64,000 nucleotides of DNA from Nitrospiraceae bacterium (lineage in GTDB: Bacteria; Nitrospirota; Nitrospiria; Nitrospirales; Nitrospiraceae). Made by a program: the position numbers and the translations under genes. The DNA is taken from contig JAXLZC010000001.1 of the NCBI GenBank assembly GCA_046351095.1, positions 2,793,574 to 2,857,573 on the forward strand, written 5' to 3'. Of the stretch, positions 18,585 to 28,054 are shown in pieces. Numbering within the stretch: the first letter of the stretch is position 1; each line of letters opens with the position of its first letter. Under the pieces are notes generated by a model. That model did no database searches. It was given only the letters and a program-made list of their open reading frames with translations, and was not told where the DNA came from.

Positions 18585-20041
18585 TGCACTCGCTGATGGC
18601 CGCTCCCAACAAACCGGCGCGACGTGTCACGCCGTTCACCATCCTCGTGGTGGAGGACGATCCGAGCGACACGGAGTTGATGCTGCATGCGTTGGAGCAG
18701 GCGGATCTGAAGTCCGTCGGCGGTGAGCTGCAACTGGAAGTGCGCGCGACGGCCGAAGGCGCGTTGCGGGTGCTCGAAAGCCAAGCCGTCGACCTGATCA
18801 TCACCGATTACATCTTGCCGGGCCTCGACGGGCTCGATCTCATCAGCCAGATTCAGGCCTCGCATCCCGATCTTCCGGTGTTGGTCGTGACGCGCGTGAA
18901 TGCGGTGACGCACGCGGTGGAGGCGATGCGGCGCGGCGCGTTCGACTACTTACTCAAGCCGGTCGATCCGCAGGATCTCGGCATGCGCGTGCATCGCGCA
19001 ATCCGGTACTCGGAAATTTTGCGACGTAATGCCGCGTACGAGCGCTCCGCCAGCCAGAATCGTTCGATCGGGCAATTGGTCGGCGTCGGCCCCGCATTTC
19101 AGCGGTTGTATCAAGACATTCAAGAAGCGGCGCGTGTGCGTTCCACCGTGTTGATTCAAGGCGAAACCGGCACGGGTAAGGGGCTCATCGCGAAGGCCAT
19201 CCACGAAACCAGTGCCGAGCGGACGAAGCCGTTCCAAGTGATCGACTGCGCGACCGTGCCGGACGGCATGGTGGAAAGCGAACTGTTCGGCCATGTGCGC
19301 GGCGCCTTCACCGGCGCGGTCGCCGACAAGCCCGGATTGATCGAGTTGGCGCACGGTGGCACTGTGTTCCTCGACGAGATCGGCGAGTTGCCGTTACTGC
19401 TGCAGTCGAAGTTGCTGCGTGTGTTGGAGGACGGCGAAGTGCGGCCGCTCGGCGGCACACGCGTGAAGCGTGTGGACATTCGTGTCGTCGCCGCGACGAA
19501 TCAAGATTTGGACGAGCGTGTGCGCACCGGCGCCTTTCGGAAGGACCTGTATTTTCGCCTCGCCGTCGTGTCGATTCGTGTCCCGCCGCTTCGGAAGCGG
19601 ATCGAAGACGTGCCGGTCATCGCCCGCGCACTTGTCGAACATGGCGGGCGCGAAATGGGCAAGCCGTCCATCCGCCTGGATCAGTCGGCCATCGACGCGC
19701 TCTGCGCCTATCCCTGGCCTGGTAACGTCCGTGAATTGCGGAACGTCATGGAGCGGGCCGTCATGATCTCTCGCACGCCCACCATTTCCGGCGAGACGAT
19801 CCATGCGATTCTCCATCCCGGCAGTGAGCAAGTCGCGGGAGAAGGGCCGGATGCGGCGCATCTCGCATTGCCGTACATGGATGCCAAGCGACAGGTTGTG
19901 GCGGAATTCACGCGCGAGTACCTGCGCGCCAAATTAGCTGCGCACGACGGCGTCGTCAGTAAAGCTGCCGAGAGTTGCGGCATTCCTCGGCAGCATTTTG
20001 CGCTGCTCATGAAGCGTTACCTCGACCAGGCTGACGAGTAA
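18581..20041 (+). CDS. sigma54-dependent response regulator (NtrC family: REC, AAA+, Fis-type HTH)
   Basis: The REC domain has the conserved Asp. Walker A GETGTGKG, the GAFTGA sigma54-contact motif and ESELFGH are present. The start overlaps the kinase stop. Confidence 0.9.
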   Translation: MMHSLMAAPNKPARRVTPFTILVVEDDPSDTELMLHALEQADLKSVGGELQLEVRATAEGALRVLESQAVDLIITDYILPGLDGLDLISQIQASHPDLPVLVVTRVNAVTHAVEAMRRGAFDYLLKPVDPQDLGMRVHRAIRYSEILRRNAAYERSASQNRSIGQLVGVGPAFQRLYQDIQEAARVRSTVLIQGETGTGKGLIAKAIHETSAERTKPFQVIDCATVPDGMVESELFGHVRGAFTGAVADKPGLIELAHGGTVFLDEIGELPLLLQSKLLRVLEDGEVRPLGGTRVKRVDIRVVAATNQDLDERVRTGAFRKDLYFRLAVVSIRVPPLRKRIEDVPVIARALVEHGGREMGKPSIRLDQSAIDALCAYPWPGNVRELRNVMERAVMISRTPTISGETIHAILHPGSEQVAGEGPDAAHLALPYMDAKRQVVAEFTREYLRAKLAAHDGVVSKAAESCGIPRQHFALLMKRYLDQADE

Positions 20042-20256
20042 CGTCACGCAGTCCACCCGATCGATCCACGCCGTCTCCGGCATCACGTCACGGCTTATCC
20101 ACACACATTCGTTTCCTCTTCGTAACAATTCCAGGGAGCCACGTCCTCACACCTCTTCATTTTCCTCTACAGCGACCGACGTAACAATCGGCGCATATCA
20201 AAATATTGATCGTAACCTGTTGAAGTTGCAGTGTTGCACAGCGCGCAGCGCTGCAT

Positions 20257-20276
20257 GCGCATAGTTCGATATGCGC
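20257..20276 (+). promoter_or_regulatory. candidate upstream activator site (perfect 7-bp inverted repeat GCGCATA-N6-TATGCGC)
   Basis: The palindrome lies about 125 bp upstream of the -24 element. A near-consensus IHF-like site, ATTCAATGCCTTA (20342-20354), lies between the two. Confidence 0.35.
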
Positions 20277-20392
20277 GCGAGAAGCGTTCCGGGGCGATTT
20301 TGTCCCGTGCGCAGGGCGAAATAATAAAAATACACACGCATATTCAATGCCTTAGCAGGCCTCATTTTTTTCGCCTCCTTTCACTGCAGTTC

Positions 20393-20407
20393 TGGCCCTG
20401 TCCTTGC
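20393..20407 (+). promoter_or_regulatory. sigma54 (-24/-12) promoter for nxrAB
   Basis: TGGCCCTGTCCTTGC compared with the consensus TGGCAC-N5-TTGC. The GG and GC spacing is correct. An NtrC-type activator is encoded immediately upstream. Confidence 0.6.
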
Positions 20408-20590
20408 GATAGGAATCGCCGCGGAATATCGCCCTGTGTTCGTGTTGGCGAGCGCCGTGTGTCACCCATGGGATCGGCCCTCACAATCGGACGTTCGGCG
20501 GAGGAGGGGAGGTGATGGTGGGAGAGCGTCGAAAGGTATCTGTAGGGTTTGGGCGGCGACATGCCGCTCTTAACTGAGGAGGTGTTCGCA

Positions 20591-23500
20591 ATGTTTCTGT
20601 CACGAAGACAGTTTTTGAAGGTCACGGCGGGCACGGTGGCGGCAGCGGCCATTGCCGACAAGGCGCTGGCGTTGACGGCCCTGCAGCCGGTCATCGAGGT
20701 GGGCAACCCCCTCGGCGACTATCCGGACCGCTCCTGGGAGCGCGTCTATCACGATCAGTATCGCTACGATTCGTCGTTTACGTGGTGCTGCTCGCCCAAC
20801 GACACCCACGGCTGCCGCGTGCGCGCGTTCGTGCGCAACGGCGTCGTCATGCGCGTCGAGCAGAACTACGACCACCAGACCTACGAAGACCTCTACGGCA
20901 ACCGCGGGACGTTCGCGCATAACCCGCGCATGTGCTTGAAGGGCTTCACCTTCCATCGCCGCGTGTACGGCCCGTATCGCTTGAAGGGCCCGTTGATGCG
21001 CAAGGGCTGGAAGGAGTGGATGGATGCCGGGTCCCCGGAGCTCACGCCGGAGATGAAGGCGAAGTACAAGTTCGACAGCCGCTACTTGGACGACATGATG
21101 CGCGTGTCCTGGGACACCGCGTTTACCTACGTCGCCAAGGGCATGATCTTGATCGGCACCCGGTACAGTGGTGAGGCCGGTGCGCGCCGTCTGCGCGAAC
21201 AGGGCTATCCGCCGGAGATGATCGAGATGATGAAGGGCGCGGGGACGCGCTGCTTCAAGCACCGCGCCGGTATGCCGGTGCTGGGGATCTTGGGCAAGAT
21301 GGGCAACACCCGGGTCAACGGCGGCATCAACGCCTTGCTGGACACCTGGATTCGCAAAGTCGGCCCGGATCAGGCGCAGGGCGGCCGCTATTGGTCGAAC
21401 TACACCTGGCACGGCGACCAGAACCCGTCGCACCCCTTCTGGTCGGGCGTGCAGGGTTCCGACGTCGACCTCTCGGACATGCGCTTCTCCAAGCTGAACA
21501 CCAGCTGGGGTAAGAACTTCGTCGAGAACAAGATGCCGGAAGCGCACTGGAAGTTGGAGTCCATCGAGCGCGGCGCCCGCATCGTCGTGATCACGCCGGA
21601 GTACAACCCGACGGCGTATCGCGCGGACTACTGGATGCCGTTGCGGCCGGAATCGGACTGCGCCATCTTCTTGGGCGCCATGAAGATCATCACCGACGAG
21701 AACATGCACGACACGGACTTCTTGAAGGGCTACACCGACGCCCCGATCTTGGTCCGCACGGACACGTTGCAGTTCTTGGATCCGCGGGACGTGGTCAAGG
21801 ACTACAAGTTCCCGGACTTCTCCAAGAGCTACTCGGGCAAGATTCAGTCGTTGAAGCCGGAGCAAGTGGAGCGCCTGGGCGGCATGATGGTGTGGGACTT
21901 GGCCAAGGGCCAGGCCGTGCCGTTGCACCGCGAGCAGGTGGGCTGGCACTTTACCGCCAGCGGCATTGATGCGGCGTTGACCGGCACCTACCGGATCAAG
22001 CTGCTCAACGGCCGCGAAGTGGACGCCATGCCGATCTGGCAGATGTACTTGGTGCACTTCCAGGACTACGACCTGGACACCACGCACCAGATCTGCCGCA
22101 CGCCGAAGGACCTGTTGGTCCGGTGGGCGCGCGACAGCGGCACCATCAAGCCGGCGTCGATTCACAACGGCGAAGGCACCAACCACTACTTCCACATGAC
22201 GATCAACAGCCGTGGCGCGGCCATGGTGCTGATCATCACGGGCAACGTCGGCAAGTTCGGCACCGGGCAGCATACCTGGGCCGGCAACTACAAGGCCGGG
22301 ACGTGGACGGCGACCCCCTGGTCGGGCGCCGGGTTGGCGGTGCACACGGGCGAAGATCCCTTCAACAGCACGACGGATCCCAACGTGCACGGCAAGGAGA
22401 TCAAGACCAAGTCGTATTACTATGGCGAAGAAGTCGGGTACTGGAACCATGGCGATACGGCCTTGATCGTCAACACGCCGAAGTACGGGCGCAAGGTGTT
22501 CACCGGCAAGACCCACATGCCGACGCCGAGCAAGTTGCGCTGGGTGGTCAACGTCAACGTGCTCAACAACGCCAAGCACCACTACGACATGGTCAAGAAC
22601 GTGGACCCGAACATCGAGATGCTGGTGACCCAGGACATCGAGATGACCTCGGACGTCAACCACAACGACGTGGCGTTCGCCTGTAACTCCTGGATGGAAT
22701 TTACCTATCCGGAGATGACGGTGACCGTGTCGAATCCGTGGATCCAGATCTGGAAGGGCGGCATCCGCCCGTTGTACGACACGCGCAACGACCTGGACAC
22801 GTTTGCCGGTGTCTCGTCCAAGCTGGCCGAGATGACGGGCGACAAGCGCATGCGCGATTATTTCGCCATGGTGTACATGAACCGGGTGGACGTGTACGCG
22901 CAGCGCATGTTCGACGCCTCCTCGACCTTCTACGGCTACTCCGCCGACGTCATGCTGAAGTCGGAGAAGGGCTGGATGGTCATGGTGCGCACGTATCCGC
23001 GCACGCCGTTCTGGGAGGAGACGAACGAATCCAAGCCGATGTGGACGCGCACCGGCCGGTACGAGAACTACCGGGCGGAGCCGGAGGCGATCGAATACGG
23101 CGAAAACTTCATCTCCCATCGTGAGGGGACGGAAGCCACACCGTATCTGCCGAACGCCATCTTCAGCACGAACCCGTACGTCCGTCCGGACGACTACGGC
23201 GTGCCGATCACGGCGCAACACCACGACGACAAGACGGTCAGAAACGTCAAGTTGCCGTGGGCGGACATCAAGCGGCATAGCAACCCGTTGTGGGAGAAGG
23301 GCTACCAGTTCTACTGCGTGACCCCGAAGACCCGCCACCGGGTGCACAGCCAATGGTCGGTGAACGACTGGGTGCAGATTTATGAGTCCAACTTCGGCGA
23401 CCCGTACCGCATGGACAAGCGGACGCCGGGCGTGGGCGAGCACCAGTTGCACATCAACCCGCAGGCCGCGAAGGACCGCGGCATCAACGACGGCGACTAC

Positions 23501-24028
23501 GTCTATGTCGACGGCAACCCGGTGGATCGGCCGTACCGCGGCTGGAAGCCCTCGGATCCGTACTACAAGGTGTCGCGGTTGATGATCCGGGCGAAGTACA
23601 ACCCGGCGTATCCGTATCACGTCACGATGGCCAAGCACGCGCCATACGTGTCGACGCCGAAGTCGGTGAAGGGGCACGAAACACGGCCGGACGGCCGCGC
23701 CATCGCGCTCGACACCGGCTATCAATCCAACTTCCGGTACGGGGCCCAACAGTCCTTTACCCGGAACTGGTTGATGCCGATGCACCAGTTGGACTCGTTG
23801 CCCGGTAAACACGCGATTGCCTGGAAGATGAAGTGGGGCTATCAAGTGGACAACCACGCGATCAACACGGTCCCGAAGGAATGCTTGATCCGCATCACCA
23901 AGGCGGAAGACGGCGGCATCGGGGCGCGTGGGCCGTGGGAGCCGGTCCGCACCGGGTTCACCCCGGGGCAGGAAAACGAGTTCATGATCAAGTGGCTCAA
24001 AGGCGAACACATCAAGATCAAGGTCTAA
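20591..24028 (+). CDS. nxrA: nitrite oxidoreductase alpha subunit (periplasmic type, Mo-bisPGD, Tat signal)
   Basis: ATG at 20591 follows a GAGGAGG Shine-Dalgarno. Twin-arginine signal SRRQFLKVTAGTVAAAAIA. An Fe-S-binding Cys/His cluster (WCCSPNDTHGCRVRA) and a DMSO-reductase-family fold. The maximal ORF starts at 20549. Confidence 0.9.
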   Translation: MFLSRRQFLKVTAGTVAAAAIADKALALTALQPVIEVGNPLGDYPDRSWERVYHDQYRYDSSFTWCCSPNDTHGCRVRAFVRNGVVMRVEQNYDHQTYEDLYGNRGTFAHNPRMCLKGFTFHRRVYGPYRLKGPLMRKGWKEWMDAGSPELTPEMKAKYKFDSRYLDDMMRVSWDTAFTYVAKGMILIGTRYSGEAGARRLREQGYPPEMIEMMKGAGTRCFKHRAGMPVLGILGKMGNTRVNGGINALLDTWIRKVGPDQAQGGRYWSNYTWHGDQNPSHPFWSGVQGSDVDLSDMRFSKLNTSWGKNFVENKMPEAHWKLESIERGARIVVITPEYNPTAYRADYWMPLRPESDCAIFLGAMKIITDENMHDTDFLKGYTDAPILVRTDTLQFLDPRDVVKDYKFPDFSKSYSGKIQSLKPEQVERLGGMMVWDLAKGQAVPLHREQVGWHFTASGIDAALTGTYRIKLLNGREVDAMPIWQMYLVHFQDYDLDTTHQICRTPKDLLVRWARDSGTIKPASIHNGEGTNHYFHMTINSRGAAMVLIITGNVGKFGTGQHTWAGNYKAGTWTATPWSGAGLAVHTGEDPFNSTTDPNVHGKEIKTKSYYYGEEVGYWNHGDTALIVNTPKYGRKVFTGKTHMPTPSKLRWVVNVNVLNNAKHHYDMVKNVDPNIEMLVTQDIEMTSDVNHNDVAFACNSWMEFTYPEMTVTVSNPWIQIWKGGIRPLYDTRNDLDTFAGVSSKLAEMTGDKRMRDYFAMVYMNRVDVYAQRMFDASSTFYGYSADVMLKSEKGWMVMVRTYPRTPFWEETNESKPMWTRTGRYENYRAEPEAIEYGENFISHREGTEATPYLPNAIFSTNPYVRPDDYGVPITAQHHDDKTVRNVKLPWADIKRHSNPLWEKGYQFYCVTPKTRHRVHSQWSVNDWVQIYESNFGDPYRMDKRTPGVGEHQLHINPQAAKDRGINDGDYVYVDGNPVDRPYRGWKPSDPYYKVSRLMIRAKYNPAYPYHVTMAKHAPYVSTPKSVKGHETRPDGRAIALDTGYQSNFRYGAQQSFTRNWLMPMHQLDSLPGKHAIAWKMKWGYQVDNHAINTVPKECLIRITKAEDGGIGARGPWEPVRTGFTPGQENEFMIKWLKGEHIKIKV

Positions 24029-24102
24029 GGACTACGATCGCGACGTGGGCGTGTCTGAGCAACCAATTGGTCATCACTTGATTATGCGAAGGAGGAACGA
24101 TC

Positions 24103-25391
24103 ATGCCTGAAGTGTATAACTGGCAGCTGGGACGGAAGATGCTGTATCCGTACGAGGAACGGCATCCGAAGTGGCAGTTTGCCTTCGTATTCAATATCAA
24201 CCGCTGCTTGGCGTGCCAGACCTGTTCGATGGCCGACAAGTCTACCTGGCTGTTCTCGAAGGGCCAGGAGTACATGTGGTGGAACAACGTGGAAACCAAG
24301 CCCTACGGCGGGTATCCGCAGTTCTACGACGTGAAGGTCACCCAGCTCATCGAGCAGGTGAATCCGGGCGGTCAGGTCTGGAACGTGCGCGTGGGCCGCA
24401 AGCACCATGCGCCGTACGGGGTGTTCGAAGGGATGACCATTTTCGACGCGGGGGCCAAGGTCGGCCAGGCGGCGATCGGGTACATTCCGACGGACCAGGA
24501 GTGGCGGTTCGTCAACATCTATGAGGACACGGCCACCTCGATGCGCGCCATTGTGGAAGGCATCGATAAGACCGGGTTCTCGCGCGACGAACCGTGGAAG
24601 ATGACGGGGAGCTCCCTCCCGGAGCATGAGACCTTCTTCTTCTACCTCCAGCGCATCTGTAACCACTGCACGTACCCCGGTTGCTTGGCCGCCTGCCCGC
24701 GCAAGGCGATCTACAAGCGGCCGGAAGACGGCATCGTGTTGATCGACCAGAACCGGTGCCGCGGGTACAAGAAGTGCGTGGAGCAGTGCCCGTTCAAGAA
24801 GCCGATGTATCGCGGCACGACCCGCGTGTCGGAGAAGTGCATCGCGTGTTATCCGCGTATCGAGGGTAAGGACCCCTTGACGGGCGGCGAGCCGATGGAA
24901 ACGCGCTGTATGGCGGCCTGCGTCGGGAAGATCCGCATGCAGTCGCTCGTGCGCATCGGCGAAGACGGCCTCTGGGCCGAAGATCGCTGGCACCCCTGTA
25001 CTACGCGATTCGCGTGGAGCAGGTGGCGCTCCCGCTGTATCCGCAGTGGGGCACCGAGCCCAACGGCTACTACATTCCGCCGCGTCATGCCCCGCGTGGG
25101 TACAACCGGCAGATGTTTGGCCCGGGCGTGGACAACGCCATCGAGAAGTATCTCGTGCCGAGCCGCGAATTGTTGGCGGTCCTCCAGCTCTGGCGGGCCA
25201 GTCAGCAGATCGTGTTCCGGTACGACGTCATTCCGGGGCCGAAGGTGTTCGAAACCCAGATCCACGGGAAGCGGTTCGAGATGTACAACGACACCGTGCT
25301 GGGCTTCAACAAGTCGGGCAAGGAAGTGGCGCGCATCCAGGTCGAAGAGCCGATCTACATCAGACCGGCCGAACGCGTAACCTGGTTGTAA
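24103..25391 (+). CDS. nxrB: nitrite oxidoreductase beta subunit (4-cluster Fe-S protein); frame broken by an apparent 1-nt deletion near 24994-24997
   Basis: The N-terminal 298 codons are in frame 1 (MPEVYNWQLGRK...CLACQTC...EDRWHP). The conserved C-terminus (LYYAIRVEQVALPLYPQWGTEPNGYYIPP...ERVTWL) continues in another frame from 24996 to 25391. The frame-1 tail is Arg/Ser-rich nonsense. One inserted base would give a 429-aa protein. Confidence 0.85.
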
Positions 25392-25454
25392 GCAGAGTCG
25401 ACCAGTTGCTGCACGTGTGCGTCTAGACGAGCGCGCGTGCGGTGACCAGGCTCA

Positions 25455-25488
25455 GAAGGGGCAGGGATCGCAAGGTCCCTGCCCCTTC
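25455..25488 (+). terminator. 13-bp perfect stem-loop downstream of nxrB (terminator-like, no clear U-tract)
   Basis: gaaggggcaggga-tcgcaagg-tccctgccccttc. Confidence 0.45.
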
Positions 25489-25597
25489 GTGCGTCTGGAG
25501 CCGATGATACGGAGGCAATGATGAAGCTGGAAGAGCAAACAGCCCAGTTCGATGTGTGCGGCGTGTTGCAGTAGGAGGCGGTCGCTATAACCGAGCA

Positions 25598-25730
25598 TAG
25601 CACTCGGCATGCAGCACTGAGCCCTCAGTCCTCAGCGCTCAATTCTCAGCACTCGATTCTTTGTTCCCAGCACTGAGCCCTCAGTCCTCAGCACTTATGA
25701 CTGAGCACTCATGCCCCAGCACTCACTCGT
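25598..25730. repeat. tandem degenerate heptanucleotide repeat tract (consensus CAGCACT, about 19 units)
   Basis: Phased reading: tagcact cggcatg cagcact gagccct cagtcct cagcgct caattct cagcact cgattct ttgttcc cagcact gagccct cagtcct cagcact tatgact gagcact catgccc cagcact cactcgt. A 25-nt block is repeated exactly (25612-25636 and 25668-25692). Confidence 0.85.
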
Positions 25731-25734
25731 GCCG

Positions 25735-27480
25735 TTATGCCGTCGGCGCGTGCGACTCTTCTTCTGTTTGCCGCAGGGTGTAGAGATAGTGGTAGAGCCC
25801 CTGTTGCGCGAGCAGTTCGTTGTGGGTGCCGCGTTCGACGATCCCGCCTTTATCAAAGACCAGAATCTGATCGGCGCGTTGGACGGTCGTCAGCCGATGG
25901 GCGACGACGAAGGTCGTGCGTCCGCGCATAAGGCGATCCAGGGCTTCCTGCACGAGGCGCTCGGATTCGGTGTCCAAGGCGGAGGTCGCTTCGTCCAGCA
26001 AGAGAATGCGCGGGTTCTTGAGGATCGCGCGCGCAATGGCGAGTCGCTGGCGTTGGCCGCCGGAGAGATTTACACCCTTCTCGCCAACGATTGTCTGATA
26101 GCCGTCCGGGAACTTCACGACAAATTCGTCCGCCAATGCAGCCTTGCTGGCGGCCACGACCTCGTCATGGGTGGCGTCTTCGCGGCCGTACCGAATGTTG
26201 TCGAAGATCGTCCCGCCGAAGAGGACGGTTTCCTGCGGTACGAGGCCGATCTGTTTATACAGGCTGTTCAGTTTCAGGTTGCGCAGATCGTGGCCGTCGA
26301 GCGCGATGGTCCCGTCCGTCGGATCGTAAAACCGATGGAGAAGGTTGATGAGGGTTGTCTTGCCGGAGCCGGTCGGGCCGACGAGCGCGATCACTTCGCC
26401 GGGACGCGCCTCGAAGCTGACGTTCGTCAAGACCGGCGTGCGCGGATCGTAGAAGAAGCCGATCCGTTCGGCGCGCACATGGCCTTGGACGGGCGGCAGG
26501 TCGATGGCGTTCGGCAGTTCGCGGACTTCCGGTTGGGTGTCGAGAATTTCGAAAACCCGTTGCATGGCGCCCTGCGCTTCTTTGATCTGCGCAAAGACGC
26601 GGGCGGCGGCGCCGAACGGCCCGATGAGAATTCCGGCAAAGAGCACAAAGGCCAGCAGGTCGCCCGGCGACACTTGCCCTTCGATCACTTGCGTGCCGCC
26701 GTACCAGAGTACTGCCGCGCCGGCCCCGAAGGTGCAGAGCGTGATCACGGGAATGAAGATGGCCAGCACGGTGGCGCGGCGCAGGGCGACGCCGACGGAT
26801 TGCTGCAACGTCGTCGCAAAACGCGCTTCTTCGCGCTGGGTCTGCACGAACGATTTCACGATGCGGATGCCCGCCAAGACCTCTTCGACGATCGTGGAGA
26901 GGTGGGCGCTGTGATCCTGAATGTCGGTCGAGAGCTGCTTTAATCGTCGGCCGAAGAGCTTGGCCACCACAGCCAACAGGGGCAGCAGCAACAGGATCAA
27001 GAGGCACAGGCGCCAGTTCATGGCGAAGAGGAAGCCGACGCCGCCGATGAACGTCACCAACTGCTTGATCATGTCGATGGGTGTATCGGTCACGATGTTT
27101 TGAATCGTGCCGATGTCGTTCATGACGCGCGACAGGAGTTCGCCGGTCCGACGTTTGGCAAAAAAGCTGAGCGACAGTCCGTTTAAGTGGCGGAACACGT
27201 GTTGGCGGAAGTCCGCCATGATGTGCTGCGAGACCCAGGCAAGCAGATAGCCGTGCCCGACGGACACGACGCCTTGGATGGCCACCACGGCGACGAAGAC
27301 CCAGATGAGCTGCATCATGCCGCCGTAGTCGCGTTGGACGGTGATGACGTCCCACAGGCGTCCGACGACGCGGAGCATGACGAGGTTCAGCAGCGCGACG
27401 ATAGCGATGCAGAGGGTGGCCACGGCCATGCGGCCGAAATATGGACGTAAAAATGGGAGAAACCGACGGTAATAGTTCAT
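25735..27480 (-). CDS. ABC transporter, fused permease/ATPase (MsbA-like exporter)
   Basis: Trimmed to the ATG at 27480 (MNYYRRFLPFLRPY...). Six-TM domain, then Walker A GPTGSGKTT, the signature LSGGQRQR and Walker B ILLLDEATS. Confidence 0.85.
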   Translation of the reverse strand: MNYYRRFLPFLRPYFGRMAVATLCIAIVALLNLVMLRVVGRLWDVITVQRDYGGMMQLIWVFVAVVAIQGVVSVGHGYLLAWVSQHIMADFRQHVFRHLNGLSLSFFAKRRTGELLSRVMNDIGTIQNIVTDTPIDMIKQLVTFIGGVGFLFAMNWRLCLLILLLLPLLAVVAKLFGRRLKQLSTDIQDHSAHLSTIVEEVLAGIRIVKSFVQTQREEARFATTLQQSVGVALRRATVLAIFIPVITLCTFGAGAAVLWYGGTQVIEGQVSPGDLLAFVLFAGILIGPFGAAARVFAQIKEAQGAMQRVFEILDTQPEVRELPNAIDLPPVQGHVRAERIGFFYDPRTPVLTNVSFEARPGEVIALVGPTGSGKTTLINLLHRFYDPTDGTIALDGHDLRNLKLNSLYKQIGLVPQETVLFGGTIFDNIRYGREDATHDEVVAASKAALADEFVVKFPDGYQTIVGEKGVNLSGGQRQRLAIARAILKNPRILLLDEATSALDTESERLVQEALDRLMRGRTTFVVAHRLTTVQRADQILVFDKGGIVERGTHNELLAQQGLYHYLYTLRQTEEESHAPTA

Positions 27481-27706
27481 GGGATATGGGAGCCCGGCCT
27501 CAACTGCTCGGCGGCGGAGTCCGCGCGAGGCGGCGCCCATCATACGGCGGCACTCGGATCGAGTGCAATTCGAAGATGCGGAAAACCGGTGTGCGAGGGG
27601 AGTGGATGCGGTGGGCGAAGGATGGGCGTCGCTCGCCGACAAAAGAAAGGGCGGGCCTCCGTGTAGTCACAGAAGCCCGCCCCCCAATTGCGAACCGACG
27701 ACCGAC

Positions 27707-27925
27707 TTAGATCTGGGCGATCGACTCGATCAAGTTCTTATTGATCGCGACGAAGTCGGCCTTTTCCTTGTCGTTGATAGTCACGTCCGTCAAGCTGATA
27801 AACAGCCGCTGTTCCTCGTTGATGGCATCGGACACGCGATTGCGCATGGGCGGAATCAGGAAATCGCCCATGTACGAGCAATTGACCGTCTTAACGCGGA
27901 TGCGAACTTTCTTGCCTTCTGCCAC
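27707..27925 (-). CDS. hypothetical small protein (72 aa)
   Basis: GTG start follows an AGGAGGG Shine-Dalgarno. Lower GC than the surroundings. No family recognised. Confidence 0.5.
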   Translation of the reverse strand: MAEGKKVRIRVKTVNCSYMGDFLIPPMRNRVSDAINEEQRLFISLTDVTINDKEKADFVAINKNLIESIAQI

Positions 27926-28054
27926 GGGCCCTCCTGTCGCCGGGCGGTGCCCACGCCCCGCGTCGTTGTCGCATCCCCGCGGCCGCTCGGCGCCGTCGCC
28001 TGGACCGAGGGGATCTGAGCATGCGATGAGAGAGCAGCTCTTACAGCGTGCCGA

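Noticed and set aside
20600-24010. 1136-aa ORF antisense to nxrA. Similar long antisense or alternative-frame ORFs occur at 46887..49430(-), 25711..26943(+), 40322..41908(+), 58288..59370(+) and 28913..30097(-).
   Set aside because: The translations are Arg/Ala/Gly/Pro-rich and low-complexity, with no motifs. They lie exactly opposite genes that have clear family signatures. This is the usual stop-codon-poor antisense frame of high-GC DNA.
25518-25574. 18-aa micro-ORF (MMKLEEQTAQFDVCGVLQ) with a GGAGG Shine-Dalgarno, between the nxrB hairpin and the heptamer tract.
   Set aside because: It is too short, and there is no recognisable family or conservation evidence available. It cannot be distinguished from chance.
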